Notes: a model not told the origin generated them from the sequence alone. A stretch of DNA of 64,000 bases from an uncultured Verrucomicrobiota bacterium (GCA_903826865.1 CAIKGD010000012.1:2362-66361), one strand, 5' to 3'; shown: positions 47,279 through 55,753, numbered from the stretch's first letter. Program-made: numbers and translations.

Positions 47279-48288
47279 TTCAACAAGCAATCCGATCCCT
47301 GATAGAAGGCAAAACCCTCACCCGTGAAGAGGCTTACCAAACCATCATGGACATCATGAAGGGTGAAGCCGCGCCTGCCCAGATCGGCGGATTTATCACT
47401 GCTGTCCGGATGCACGGCGAAACGCCGGAGATCATCGCCGGAGCGGCACAGGCCATGCGCGAAAACATGGTCAAAATCCGTTGTGACGACCCGAACGCCG
47501 TGGATATCGTCGGTACCGGCGGCGATGGCGCGCATACGTTCAATATTTCCACCGCCGCCGCCTTCGTCACCGCCGGAGCGGGCGTCACCGTCGCCAAGCA
47601 CGGCAGCTACGGTGTTTCCAGCAAGTGCGGCGCCGCCAACGTGCTGTCAGAACTCGGAATCAACCTCCAATACAGCCCGCAGAAAATGGAAGAGTGTCTG
47701 GAAAAAACCGGCATTGCCTTCCTGTTCGCACCTGCCCTGCATCCGGCGATGAAATATGCCGCCGGTCCGCGCAAAGAACTCGGCTTCTGGAGCCTCTTCA
47801 ACATACTCGGTCCGCTCTGCAATCCGGCCGGCGTCAAAAACGGCGTGCTCGGCGTCTTTTCCAAAGAACTGGTTCCGGTGATCGCCGATGCCTGCGCCCA
47901 GCTCGGCGCGACCTATCTTTTTGTCGTCCACGGCAATGACGGGCTCGACGAAATCACGACCACCACCACCAGCCTCGTCACCGAAATCCGCCGCGGCAAA
48001 CTGGAAACCTACGAAGTCCAGCCCGCCGGACTCGGACTCCCGACCGCCCGCACCGCCGATATCACCGGCGGCGAACCGGCAGAAAACGCCAAAATCGTCC
48101 GGGCGATTCTCGCCGGCAAAGAGAAAGGAGCGAAGCGCGACATCGTTCTGCTCAACGCCGCCTTTGCGATTATGGCGGGCGGCAAGGCCAAGACGCCGCC
48201 GGAAGGAATTAAACTGGCCGCCGAATCCATCGACTCCGGCGCCGCGCTCAAAAAACTCGAACAGCTTATCGAACTCTCTAACAAATAA
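47275..48288 (+). CDS. trpD: anthranilate phosphoribosyltransferase
   Basis: VDIVGTGGDGAHTFNISTAAAFV, KHGSYGVSSKCGAANVL and NILGPLCNPA. Confidence 0.95.
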   Translation: MIQQAIRSLIEGKTLTREEAYQTIMDIMKGEAAPAQIGGFITAVRMHGETPEIIAGAAQAMRENMVKIRCDDPNAVDIVGTGGDGAHTFNISTAAAFVTAGAGVTVAKHGSYGVSSKCGAANVLSELGINLQYSPQKMEECLEKTGIAFLFAPALHPAMKYAAGPRKELGFWSLFNILGPLCNPAGVKNGVLGVFSKELVPVIADACAQLGATYLFVVHGNDGLDEITTTTTSLVTEIRRGKLETYEVQPAGLGLPTARTADITGGEPAENAKIVRAILAGKEKGAKRDIVLLNAAFAIMAGGKAKTPPEGIKLAAESIDSGAALKKLEQLIELSNK

Positions 48289-48290
48289 AT

Positions 48291-48358
48291 GCCTCGCAAA
48301 GCCGCGAAGGCGCAATGAAAACATCTTCTACTTGGCGACTTTGCGCCTTAGCGAGAAA
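48291..48358. repeat. cargo-less short-motif inverted-arm element between trpD and the HI0933-family gene
   Basis: The arm cctcgcaaagccgcgaaggcgcaatgaaaa faces ttggcgactttgcgccttagcgagaaaa (reverse complement ttttctcgctaaggcgcaaagtcgccaa). The sub-repeats have an 8-nt period. Confidence 0.65.
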
Positions 48359-48364
48359 ACTCTT

Positions 48365-49411
48365 ATGACAAACACAGATTTGATAATAATCGGCGGCGGC
48401 GCGGCGGGCTTTATGGCCGGCGTCAACGCGGGCGAACGTAAAATCCGCACGGTCATCCTTGAGCGCTGCCCGAAGCCGGGGCGCAAACTGCTCATGTGCG
48501 GCAATAACCGCTGCAACATCACCTCCGCCCTGCCCGTCAGAGAAATGCTGATCGACTTCGGCGATCCGGTCGCGCCGTTCCTTGAACCGGCGCTGACCGC
48601 CTTTCCGCCGTCCGCCCTGCGCGAGTGGTGCCATAAAAACGGACTGGTCACCAAAATGCAGCGCGACAAGCGGGTTTATCCAGCCAGCGAAAAAGCATCC
48701 GACGTCCACCACCTCTTCACCGACCTGCTGGCGAAATACAACATCGGCATCATGCTCAACAGCGCCGTGCATAAAATTATCCCGCTGCAAACCGGCGAAT
48801 GGCTCGTCAAAACCGACAGCGTCGAACTCACCTCGCGCGCGCTCCTGCTCGCCACCGGCGGCGTCAGCTATCCGAAAACCGGCTCCGTAGGCGACGGACA
48901 GAAAATGGCCGCTGCGCTCGGACACAAAGTTACGCCTTATCGCCCCGGCCTCGCCGGATTCGATATGCCGCCCGCGTGGATCGCCGCCAACCCGATGCGC
49001 AGTATCCCGAATGTCGTTCTGAAAATCATGGTCGGCGGCAAAGCCGTCGCCACCACCGAAGGCTTTTTGGAAATCGAAAAATACGGCATCGGCGGACCGG
49101 CAGTCACCAACGCCAGCCGGATCATCGCGCGGCGCGACCTCAAAAACTACAGCTTCGAAGTGGATATGAACGGCAAGAAGTGGACACTCAATCCGCTCCG
49201 CGTCCGTCCGCTCAAAGAAGCGATGGTCACCGTCGGCGGTGTCGCACTCAACGAAGTGGACTCGCGCACCATGGAATCGAAAAAAGTTCCGGGGCTTTTC
49301 TTCGCCGGTGAAATTCTCGACATCGACGGCCCGAGCGGCGGTTATAATTTACAGGCCGCTTTCTCCACCGCCCGCCTCGCCATGGATGCCATCGCCAAAC
49401 GGTTGAGATAG
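48365..49411 (+). CDS. HI0933/BaiN-family NAD(P)/FAD-dependent oxidoreductase
   Basis: DLIIIGGGAAGFMAG, GNNRCNIT, LATGGVSYPKTGS and GEILDIDGPSGGYNLQAAFSTA. The start is trimmed to MTNTDL (ATG 48365). Confidence 0.85.
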   Translation: MTNTDLIIIGGGAAGFMAGVNAGERKIRTVILERCPKPGRKLLMCGNNRCNITSALPVREMLIDFGDPVAPFLEPALTAFPPSALREWCHKNGLVTKMQRDKRVYPASEKASDVHHLFTDLLAKYNIGIMLNSAVHKIIPLQTGEWLVKTDSVELTSRALLLATGGVSYPKTGSVGDGQKMAAALGHKVTPYRPGLAGFDMPPAWIAANPMRSIPNVVLKIMVGGKAVATTEGFLEIEKYGIGGPAVTNASRIIARRDLKNYSFEVDMNGKKWTLNPLRVRPLKEAMVTVGGVALNEVDSRTMESKKVPGLFFAGEILDIDGPSGGYNLQAAFSTARLAMDAIAKRLR

Positions 49412-49600
49412 AGAATTAACCACAGAGGGCACAGAGGCACAGAGAATTCCAGCCAGGTGGAACGTGATCGCCGAGCACGTTCAAACGCGCCGGGATGGCG
49501 CGTTCCACCCAACAGCCGTGAATTGAAACACTGTGCCTTTGTCCCTTTGATTCTTTGTGCCCGGCACTTACGTGCCTTTGCACCTTTGTCCCTTTGCTTC
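49412..49600. repeat. cargo-less short-motif inverted-arm element with a central hairpin
   Basis: The left arm is accacagagggcacagaggcacagagaa (49419-49446). The central stem pairs ggtggaacg (49456-49464) with cgttccacc (49501-49509). The right arm is made of tandem NNCCTTTG 8-mers (49531-49598). Confidence 0.7.
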
Positions 49601-49650
49601 GCGCCCCGCCCGTTTAACACCCGCCGTTCAGCGACTTGAACGGGGAATCT

Positions 49651-51732
49651 CTATTTCATTACATCCAGCAGGTTGCTGTAATCATCCATCCAGGGGCGGA
49701 CATCGCGAACCGCCCGCGCTTTGAGTGAATCCGCCCGGGCAATCGCCGGCTGCTGCAGGAAATCCGGATCACGGCTGAGCAAAACCCATTGGGCATTCGC
49801 GCTGATTTTCATATCGCCGGGGGTGTCAATATAGGCCGCATACAGGTTGAAATGGTTGCGCACCTGCACCAGCACCGGGAGTAAATCGAGATTCCGGTTC
49901 GAAATATGGGCCGCAATAACACCGCCTTCCGCCAGATGCCGGAGATAGAGTTCAAAGGCTTCCAAAGTGAGCGTTTGAACCGGTATCCGGTCACCGCTGA
50001 AGGCGTCCAGCACCAGTACATCAAACCGGTTGGCGGATTCCTGCTCCAGCGAGATCCGCCCGTCGCCGGAGACAATCTCTATTTTTGCCTTGGAATCACG
50101 CAGATACGAAAACCACGGACTGTTTCGCGCCAGCTGAATAACCGCCGGGTCAATTTCGTAGAAGCGGAAAACATCCCCCGCACAACCATGGGCGGAAAGC
50201 ACGCCGATGCCCATACCCAGCAATCCGACGCGCATGGGCCGGCCCGCCAGCCGTTTCGGATGGTTCAGGATGGCCAGTCCGCCGCCGCCTTTTTCCGTGT
50301 AGTAGGTGGTGGTTCTGTTAATAAATTTCGGATGATGTATCTGCATGCCGTGGTTGATTCTCCCGTGCAGCAGACTGTAGATCGGAATACCTTTGTTGCT
50401 TTCAAACGCGACCCGCACACAGCCGAAAAAATTGCGCTCCATATACACCGAGCTGCGTATTTCTTTCATAACGCCCGCACCGAGAAATACAGCGAACGCC
50501 GCCAGAAGCACCGGAAAAACATGGCGGACGGGCCGGAAAGTTTTCCGGGTCTCCGTATCGGTATAGATCAAAAAGACCGCCAGCGCCCCGGACAGGATGA
50601 GCATCAACTGATATTCCCAATAGCCCTTAAAGAGAAACGGAGCCGCCAGCACGGTAAACAGCCCGCCCAGCGCCCCGCCCAGTGAGATGCAGAGATAAAA
50701 GCCGGTCAGATATTCCGGATCGGGTTTTGTCCGGTAGAGCGCATTGTGGCAAAAGAGACAGACCGCCAGCAGGATAAAGCTGTAGGCCGCAATCTGCCGC
50801 CGGATTTCAATTTCCAGCCCCTGCTGCGACAGATACCCGGCCGCCGCGAATGCGCAGATCAGCAGAAAAATGTAACGGCTCTGCCAATTTTTCAGTTTAT
50901 CCATAAACCCGATGATGTAACTCAGCAGGTAAATGGATAACGGCAGTATCCAAAGGAACGGCACAGGAGGAATGTCCTGCGTCATCTGATTGGTAATCGC
51001 CATCAGCGCCAGAACCCCGCAGAACGAAAACAGCGTCCATAGAAACAGCCGGCATCCGGAGTACGGAAGAGACGGCGCAACCGGCGCCGGTGCGGGAGTG
51101 CACGGGCCGGGAGAGTTCCGGACTTTGACGGCGCACCCGGCACACAGAAGCACATAAGCCAGAAAGCCGCCGCTCCATATCCATGCCTGCTGATGGAGTG
51201 TCAGATGCGGCTCAATAAAAAACGGATAGCTCAACAAGGCCAGCAAGGAGGCGGTATTGGAAACTGCGTAGAAAATATAGGGGGACCGTTCCGGTTTCAG
51301 CCGGTGGAACCAGGCCTGCAGAAGTGAAGCACCGGTGGACAGAAGAAAGTACGGAAGCCCGATGCTGACCAGCAGAAGCCGCAGAATGTGCATGGTTGGA
51401 TATTCTGCGCCGCCGGGCCGCCAGGACGGATCCGGAAGAACCGGCGATCCCCATGCAAAAATCAGCAGACTCCCGGTTAGCAGTGCCGCAAGGAGCAGTC
51501 CGGTATGCAAAACAACCTGCCGGCCGGGCCGCAGCCGTTGCAGGAGGTGGGCATAGGTATAACCGCCGAGCAGCAGAAACTGGAAGAACATCAGACAGGT
51601 CAGCCAGACGGCCGGCACGCCGCCGAACCAGGGCAGGAAATATTTTCCAATGACCGGTTGTATCTGGAAAAGGAGAAATGCGCCGAGAAACACGGTGGAA
51701 GGAAACAGGCCGCGGAATTTCAGCATTTTCAT
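49651..51732 (-). CDS. fused polytopic-membrane / spermidine-synthase-like protein
   Basis: About 430 aa of TM helices are followed by a class I methyltransferase/spermidine-synthase-like domain (RVGLLGMGIGV..., DVLVLDAFSGD). Confidence 0.8.
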   Translation of the reverse strand: MKMLKFRGLFPSTVFLGAFLLFQIQPVIGKYFLPWFGGVPAVWLTCLMFFQFLLLGGYTYAHLLQRLRPGRQVVLHTGLLLAALLTGSLLIFAWGSPVLPDPSWRPGGAEYPTMHILRLLLVSIGLPYFLLSTGASLLQAWFHRLKPERSPYIFYAVSNTASLLALLSYPFFIEPHLTLHQQAWIWSGGFLAYVLLCAGCAVKVRNSPGPCTPAPAPVAPSLPYSGCRLFLWTLFSFCGVLALMAITNQMTQDIPPVPFLWILPLSIYLLSYIIGFMDKLKNWQSRYIFLLICAFAAAGYLSQQGLEIEIRRQIAAYSFILLAVCLFCHNALYRTKPDPEYLTGFYLCISLGGALGGLFTVLAAPFLFKGYWEYQLMLILSGALAVFLIYTDTETRKTFRPVRHVFPVLLAAFAVFLGAGVMKEIRSSVYMERNFFGCVRVAFESNKGIPIYSLLHGRINHGMQIHHPKFINRTTTYYTEKGGGGLAILNHPKRLAGRPMRVGLLGMGIGVLSAHGCAGDVFRFYEIDPAVIQLARNSPWFSYLRDSKAKIEIVSGDGRISLEQESANRFDVLVLDAFSGDRIPVQTLTLEAFELYLRHLAEGGVIAAHISNRNLDLLPVLVQVRNHFNLYAAYIDTPGDMKISANAQWVLLSRDPDFLQQPAIARADSLKARAVRDVRPWMDDYSNLLDVMK

Positions 51733-51862
51733 GCAGAGAATCTAAACGGCCTGTGTGCCGACCTCAACATCTTTCCGGATAACAGGTGTGCGGCAGTAAA
51801 AACCGGAATTCATGCAAAAACAGGAGAATTTCTAAAAAATCTCAAATTTAATAAAAATAGAA

Positions 51863-51891
51863 TTGCGTTTTTTCGGCTGTCCCCTTACACT
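51863..51891 (+). promoter_or_regulatory. candidate sigma70-type promoter for the 51922 gene
   Basis: TTGCGT (51863-51868), a 17-nt spacer and TACACT (51886-51891), set in an AT-rich stretch. Sequence pattern only. Confidence 0.3.
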
Positions 51892-51921
51892 GTTTGCATG
51901 AGTAAAAAGGAGTTCAGTCAC

Positions 51922-52704
51922 ATGAAAGCTATACGTTTAGTTGCTCTCGTTACAGTCGCCGCAGGCTGTATGGCACAAGCCGCTACCAACACAGTCTCTT
52001 CCGCCAATATCGTAGGATACGTTCAGCGCACTCTTCCGCCTAATAATAAGTACATTCTTGTCGGCGTCAATTTTACCGCCAATGGCGGCAACCCGACGCT
52101 GAAAGACATCTTCGGCACCAATCAACTCCGCGCTGCTGCCAACTACATACAAGCCGACCGCGTAGTGCTCTGGGACAAGCAGGCTGCCCGCTATCAGATG
52201 TATGCCATGTACACGGACAAGGAGTTCTATCCCTGCAACACTGCGGCACAGTGGAACACTGCTTCCGCCACCAATCCGGTTGTTCCGCTCGGTTCCGGTT
52301 TCTGGATTATTTCTGCCGGGGGAAGCACCACCACCAACACCTTGTATCTCTCCGGCGATGTGGTCATAGAACAATCCCTGCCGTTGAGTCTGAGCGCTGG
52401 CTACCAGCTTGTTTCATGGCCTTTCTCAGCCGATCAGTCTATCGCCACCATGACCACCACCAACCTGACAAAAGCCGCCAATTATATTTTGGCTGATCGT
52501 ATCGTAGTCTGGACCGGAACCGCTTACCAGCAATACGGTCTTTACACGGATGGCAACTGGTATCCCTGTAATACGGCGACAGAATGGAATGATGCGCTCA
52601 CGGAAACCGACCGCAAAATTTCGCTCGGCGAAGGCTTTTGGTTCATTGCCAAGACAGCGAAGACCGTAACCGAACAAAGTCCCTATTACAGCAATCTGCA
52701 ATAA
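51922..52704 (+). CDS. secreted protein made of two tandem homologous ~110-aa modules
   Basis: Signal peptide MKAIRLVALVTVAAGCMAQA, with AAGGAG 8 nt upstream. Internal repeat: AANYIQADRVVLW...YQMYAMYTDKEFYPCNTAAQWN...LGSGFWII against AANYILADRIVVW...YQQYGLYTDGNWYPCNTATEWN...LGEGFWFI. Confidence 0.7.
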   Translation: MKAIRLVALVTVAAGCMAQAATNTVSSANIVGYVQRTLPPNNKYILVGVNFTANGGNPTLKDIFGTNQLRAAANYIQADRVVLWDKQAARYQMYAMYTDKEFYPCNTAAQWNTASATNPVVPLGSGFWIISAGGSTTTNTLYLSGDVVIEQSLPLSLSAGYQLVSWPFSADQSIATMTTTNLTKAANYILADRIVVWTGTAYQQYGLYTDGNWYPCNTATEWNDALTETDRKISLGEGFWFIAKTAKTVTEQSPYYSNLQ

Positions 52705-52734
52705 TTTTAAAACAAACCCGAAAGGATAATCACA

Positions 52735-53280
52735 ATGAAAGCAAAATGGATCATAATGGTAGTGCTGGCTGGTCTGGCATTTAATTCAATGGCTGGTACC
52801 ATTACTTGGGCCAGCTTGGATCTTGGCAGTGGTTATACAGCCGGCTGGCTGGTTGCTCTTTATGAAGATGTCAGCAAAGACGGTTGGGATGCCAGCATGA
52901 TCAATGTGGCCAATGGCGCTACAGACAGCGATGATGCGTACATTGGAGTCACCTCATCGTTGGTCGTCGGTAAAGCTGGCACAATTTGGGGAGATATTTT
53001 TAGTGCTCCGTCAGGTTCGTTGATAACAAACGATAGAGTTTATAGCGTGCTCTTTAATGCTCCGACAATGGCGGCTGCGACGCAGTACAAAGTCTCCACT
53101 ATGACCTCGCAGGGCAACAGTTGGTTCCAGCTTCCGGCTGCGGATGGCGATGACACCTATCAGGTAAACACAATGGGCAGTTTTCAGGCCGTTCCTGAAC
53201 CGGCGACGTTCCTGCTCTTCGGAATGGGCGGATTCGGTGCCTGGCTGATTCGCCGCAAACAGAGAGTTAAAGCAGAATAA
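52735..53280 (+). CDS. PEP-CTERM sorting-domain protein
   Basis: N-terminal signal peptide. The C-terminus is VPEPATFLLFGMGGFGAWLIRRKQR. Confidence 0.85.
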   Translation: MKAKWIIMVVLAGLAFNSMAGTITWASLDLGSGYTAGWLVALYEDVSKDGWDASMINVANGATDSDDAYIGVTSSLVVGKAGTIWGDIFSAPSGSLITNDRVYSVLFNAPTMAAATQYKVSTMTSQGNSWFQLPAADGDDTYQVNTMGSFQAVPEPATFLLFGMGGFGAWLIRRKQRVKAE

Positions 53281-53297
53281 GACCAGCTCTGTTACTC

Positions 53298-53330
53298 AAA
53301 AAAACCCCGGTTTCCACCGGGGTTTTTTTA
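53298..53330 (+). terminator. Rho-independent terminator after the PEP-CTERM gene
   Basis: Stem aaccccggt (53303-53311), loop ttcc, stem accggggtt (53316-53324), then a T-run. Confidence 0.85.
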
Positions 53331-53523
53331 TTGTCATCCCCTGCGGAGCAGACACTCCTGTCTGCTCATTCTGTGTGGAATAAACCAATCATGCCACGTG
53401 CGCATGGTATGGAGTGCGTCGGCTTGACGACGCTTTTTCTGTAATACCAGTTCCGTACAGGATTCGTTATTTATTCGATTGGGTAGGGACGGATCGCCGA
53501 GCCGTCCGCTCTCTGGACCGGCG

Positions 53524-53652
53524 GCGTGCCCGGCGGTCGCGCACAGCCCGCACCGCGTGAATATCACCTTCCTGCCGAAAGGACTGCACGACCTGCCGCC
53601 CGGTCAGATGCCGGTCAAAATGCAGGACGCCATCGCCAAACGGCTCCGGTAA
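53524..53652 (+). pseudogene. chimeric fragment: 5' part of a DUF1638 gene (aa ~17-49) fused to a ...DAIAKRLR-stop module
   Basis: 53531-53627 matches 55803-55899 at 96 of 97 positions. The frame reads CPAVAHSPHRVNITFLPKGLHDLPPGQMPVKMQDAIAKRLR*. There is no start codon or N-terminus. Confidence 0.6.
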
Positions 53653-53660
53653 GATTTTTA

Positions 53661-53686
53661 CCACAGAGGACACGGAGATACAGAGG
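53661..53686. repeat. CACAGAG-type repeat arm
   Basis: ccacagaggacacggagatacagagg belongs to the same family as 44911, 49419 and 30793. Confidence 0.6.
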
Positions 53687-53736
53687 TGTTCAAAGTTCGG
53701 GGAACGGAATGCTTGAATGCGAGAACCCTATCCCCG

Positions 53737-55410
53737 CTATTGTTTCTGGCTCTGAACAAAGGTCTTCCGGTCGCGGGCCTGCCGGACGGTGCGGACAGAG
53801 TCGCCGAGGTCGCAACCTTCCTTGAGCAGGTTGTAACGCACGGCAATGATGTCGTCAAATTCCAGCCAGGCATCGGTTCGCGAGTCGTACGCGGGCCAGT
53901 TGACCAGGCCTTCGCCGTTTGGATTGCCTGTTCTGGCAAAACAAGTCCAGGCCGACAACATCGCTTGCGAAACAGCACGATCTGCCGCAGACGCTCCGCG
54001 TATCGGTGTAAAGGTTTCAGGTGTACCGAAGACGTACGGGATTTCGGAGCTGTGGAAGGCTCCCAGACTCGTCGCGGCAGGCAAGAGAGGAACCCGGCTG
54101 AAGTAATAAAGATAGACCTTGGATCGGCCGGCACGGGAAAGCTCCCGGGCAAGGTGGCGGGCCTCGGAGACAAAGCCGGTGACGCCCGTCATATCGTTAA
54201 AAGCAGCGAGGCAGTCGCCATTGCAAACCGGAAACAGCCGTAACGCTTCAGCGGCCCGATCACCGAAAACCTTTTCCAAAAGAAACCGATAATCCGTCTC
54301 ACTGCGGATCGGTACCTTGCTGGTGAAAACAGTGGCCTCGTCGGCGTTGACCCCGATGATGACCGGCACATCGTCAGCCTGACCGCGCTCGACCATCAAT
54401 TCGGGATCGGTCGGCAGCAGCCAGCCGTCAACGACAGGGGAAAAGCTGACGCCCGAGCCTTCCCGGAACAGACCCACGGTTGGCGAGGCGGCGAGGAGCA
54501 CGTCCTGAGCCGACTTCGCCCGCAGGGCGTCCAGTATGTCCACAGGTTTATCCGGCAGCAGTTTCGCGGCGATCTCCTCACCGACCTGCTCTGCCGGCTT
54601 GGCCTGATACCACGGCTCGCGAAGGTGCCGACCAAAGCCGGCCAATCCTCCGCTCTCAATAATGGCACGGTGAAACAGTCCCTTGGCTTGCGGAACCACC
54701 AGCAGGCGGGCAACAGAACCCGCTCCGGCCGATTCACCGAAGACCGTTACGCAATCCGGATTACCCCCAAAAGCCGCGATGTTCCGGTGCACCCAGCGCA
54801 GGGCCTCGATCTGGTCGAGCATCCCGTAGTTGCCCGAGGTCTTGCTGTCCGCTTCCGCCGACAGCAGCGGGTGAGCAAAAAAGCCGAATGGACCCAGGCG
54901 ATAGTTGATGGTAACCACCACCACGCCGGCCTCAGCGAGGCGGTCTCCGCGATAACCCCGCTGTGAGCCGGAACCGGTCGTCCACCCGCCCCCGTGAATC
55001 CATACCATCACCGGCAGGCGGTCATCCGGGCTTTTAGCCGGAGTCCAGACGTTCAGATAGAGGCAGTCTTCGCTTTGCGATCCGGTTTCCTTTCCGATGA
55101 CCGGCGGCGGCTGCGGACACCAGGAACCGAACTCCGTGCAGGGGCGGACGCCATCCCAGGGCTGTACCGGTTGGGGCGGTTTCCAACGAAGCGGCCCCAC
55201 CGGCGGAGCGGCGAAGGGAATGCCCTTAAAAACCCGGAGATTGCCCCCGGTGCCGGTCTGGCCGGAAATCAGCCCTGAATCAATCCTGACCGTGTTGGCC
55301 GGATCGGCCTCAGGAATCTTCCCGGCGGCAACCGCCTGAACCGCGACGCTCAGAAGCCCCCAGATCAGCAAGCCCGACCGGATGGTTTTTGGATGCGCAA
55401 TTCTCATCAA
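53737..55410 (-). CDS. secreted type-B carboxylesterase/lipase family protein
   Basis: Signal peptide, VMVWIHGGGW oxyanion region and the FGESAGA nucleophile elbow. Confidence 0.92.
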   Translation of the reverse strand: MMRIAHPKTIRSGLLIWGLLSVAVQAVAAGKIPEADPANTVRIDSGLISGQTGTGGNLRVFKGIPFAAPPVGPLRWKPPQPVQPWDGVRPCTEFGSWCPQPPPVIGKETGSQSEDCLYLNVWTPAKSPDDRLPVMVWIHGGGWTTGSGSQRGYRGDRLAEAGVVVVTINYRLGPFGFFAHPLLSAEADSKTSGNYGMLDQIEALRWVHRNIAAFGGNPDCVTVFGESAGAGSVARLLVVPQAKGLFHRAIIESGGLAGFGRHLREPWYQAKPAEQVGEEIAAKLLPDKPVDILDALRAKSAQDVLLAASPTVGLFREGSGVSFSPVVDGWLLPTDPELMVERGQADDVPVIIGVNADEATVFTSKVPIRSETDYRFLLEKVFGDRAAEALRLFPVCNGDCLAAFNDMTGVTGFVSEARHLARELSRAGRSKVYLYYFSRVPLLPAATSLGAFHSSEIPYVFGTPETFTPIRGASAADRAVSQAMLSAWTCFARTGNPNGEGLVNWPAYDSRTDAWLEFDDIIAVRYNLLKEGCDLGDSVRTVRQARDRKTFVQSQKQ

Positions 55411-55614
55411 CTCCTCCTCTCGTCTTCTAACGCCTTATCGTAAGCTTTGCTCTCTCCCAATGACAAGGTTTCCCAACATCCCTCTTCTCCGGTGCGTCAG
55501 AGGCTCGAAGCACTCCACAGACCATGAGTGGAGCCGGTGCCGTGTCGGCAGTTGCAGGCGGCGGCGCGGAGAGCTTCTCCATGGATACCATCGCCAAACG
55601 GCTTCGACACTAAA

Positions 55615-55740
55615 ATCGCCACGAAAAACACAAGAAGTCACAAAAAGGAATCAATGGGATTTCTGTTTTCGTGCGTTTTCGTGTTTTTTGCGGCCAATCC
55701 TCCCGAATTTTGATTCGTGCAAATTCGTGTCGTTCGTGGG
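55615..55740. repeat. cargo-less short-motif element (CACGAAA/TTCGTG type)
   Basis: gccacgaaaaacacaagaagtcacaaaaagg faces ttttcgtgcgttttcgtgttttttgcgg. A third block follows: gattcgtgcaaattcgtgtcgttcgtgg. Confidence 0.6.
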
Positions 55741-55753
55741 TAAATCATGCGCC

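Noticed and set aside
47888-48364. N-terminal extension of the HI0933-family ORF (507 aa in the track) running back through trpD.
   Set aside because: The extension overlaps trpD in another frame and is Pro/Arg/Ser-rich. The Rossmann dinucleotide motif begins right after Met at 48365.
51505-51921. Upstream extension of the 51922 gene (399-aa ORF in the track) overlapping the spermidine-synthase-like gene.
   Set aside because: It overlaps a convincing minus-strand gene. The signal peptide and an AAGGAG site identify ATG 51922 as the start.
53334-53567. 77-aa minus-strand ORF, together with 53467-53673 and 53526-53825.
   Set aside because: They are read through hairpin repeats and the duplicated gene fragment, with no Shine-Dalgarno and no coherent domain. 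I treat them as non-coding or pseudogene sequence.
55382-55753. Upstream extension of the DUF1638 ORF (368 aa in the track) and the small ORFs 55435-55641 and 55528-55713.
   Set aside because: These ORFs run through repeat-element DNA and the esterase start region. The DUF1638 homology begins at MNLKLISCEIF (55754).
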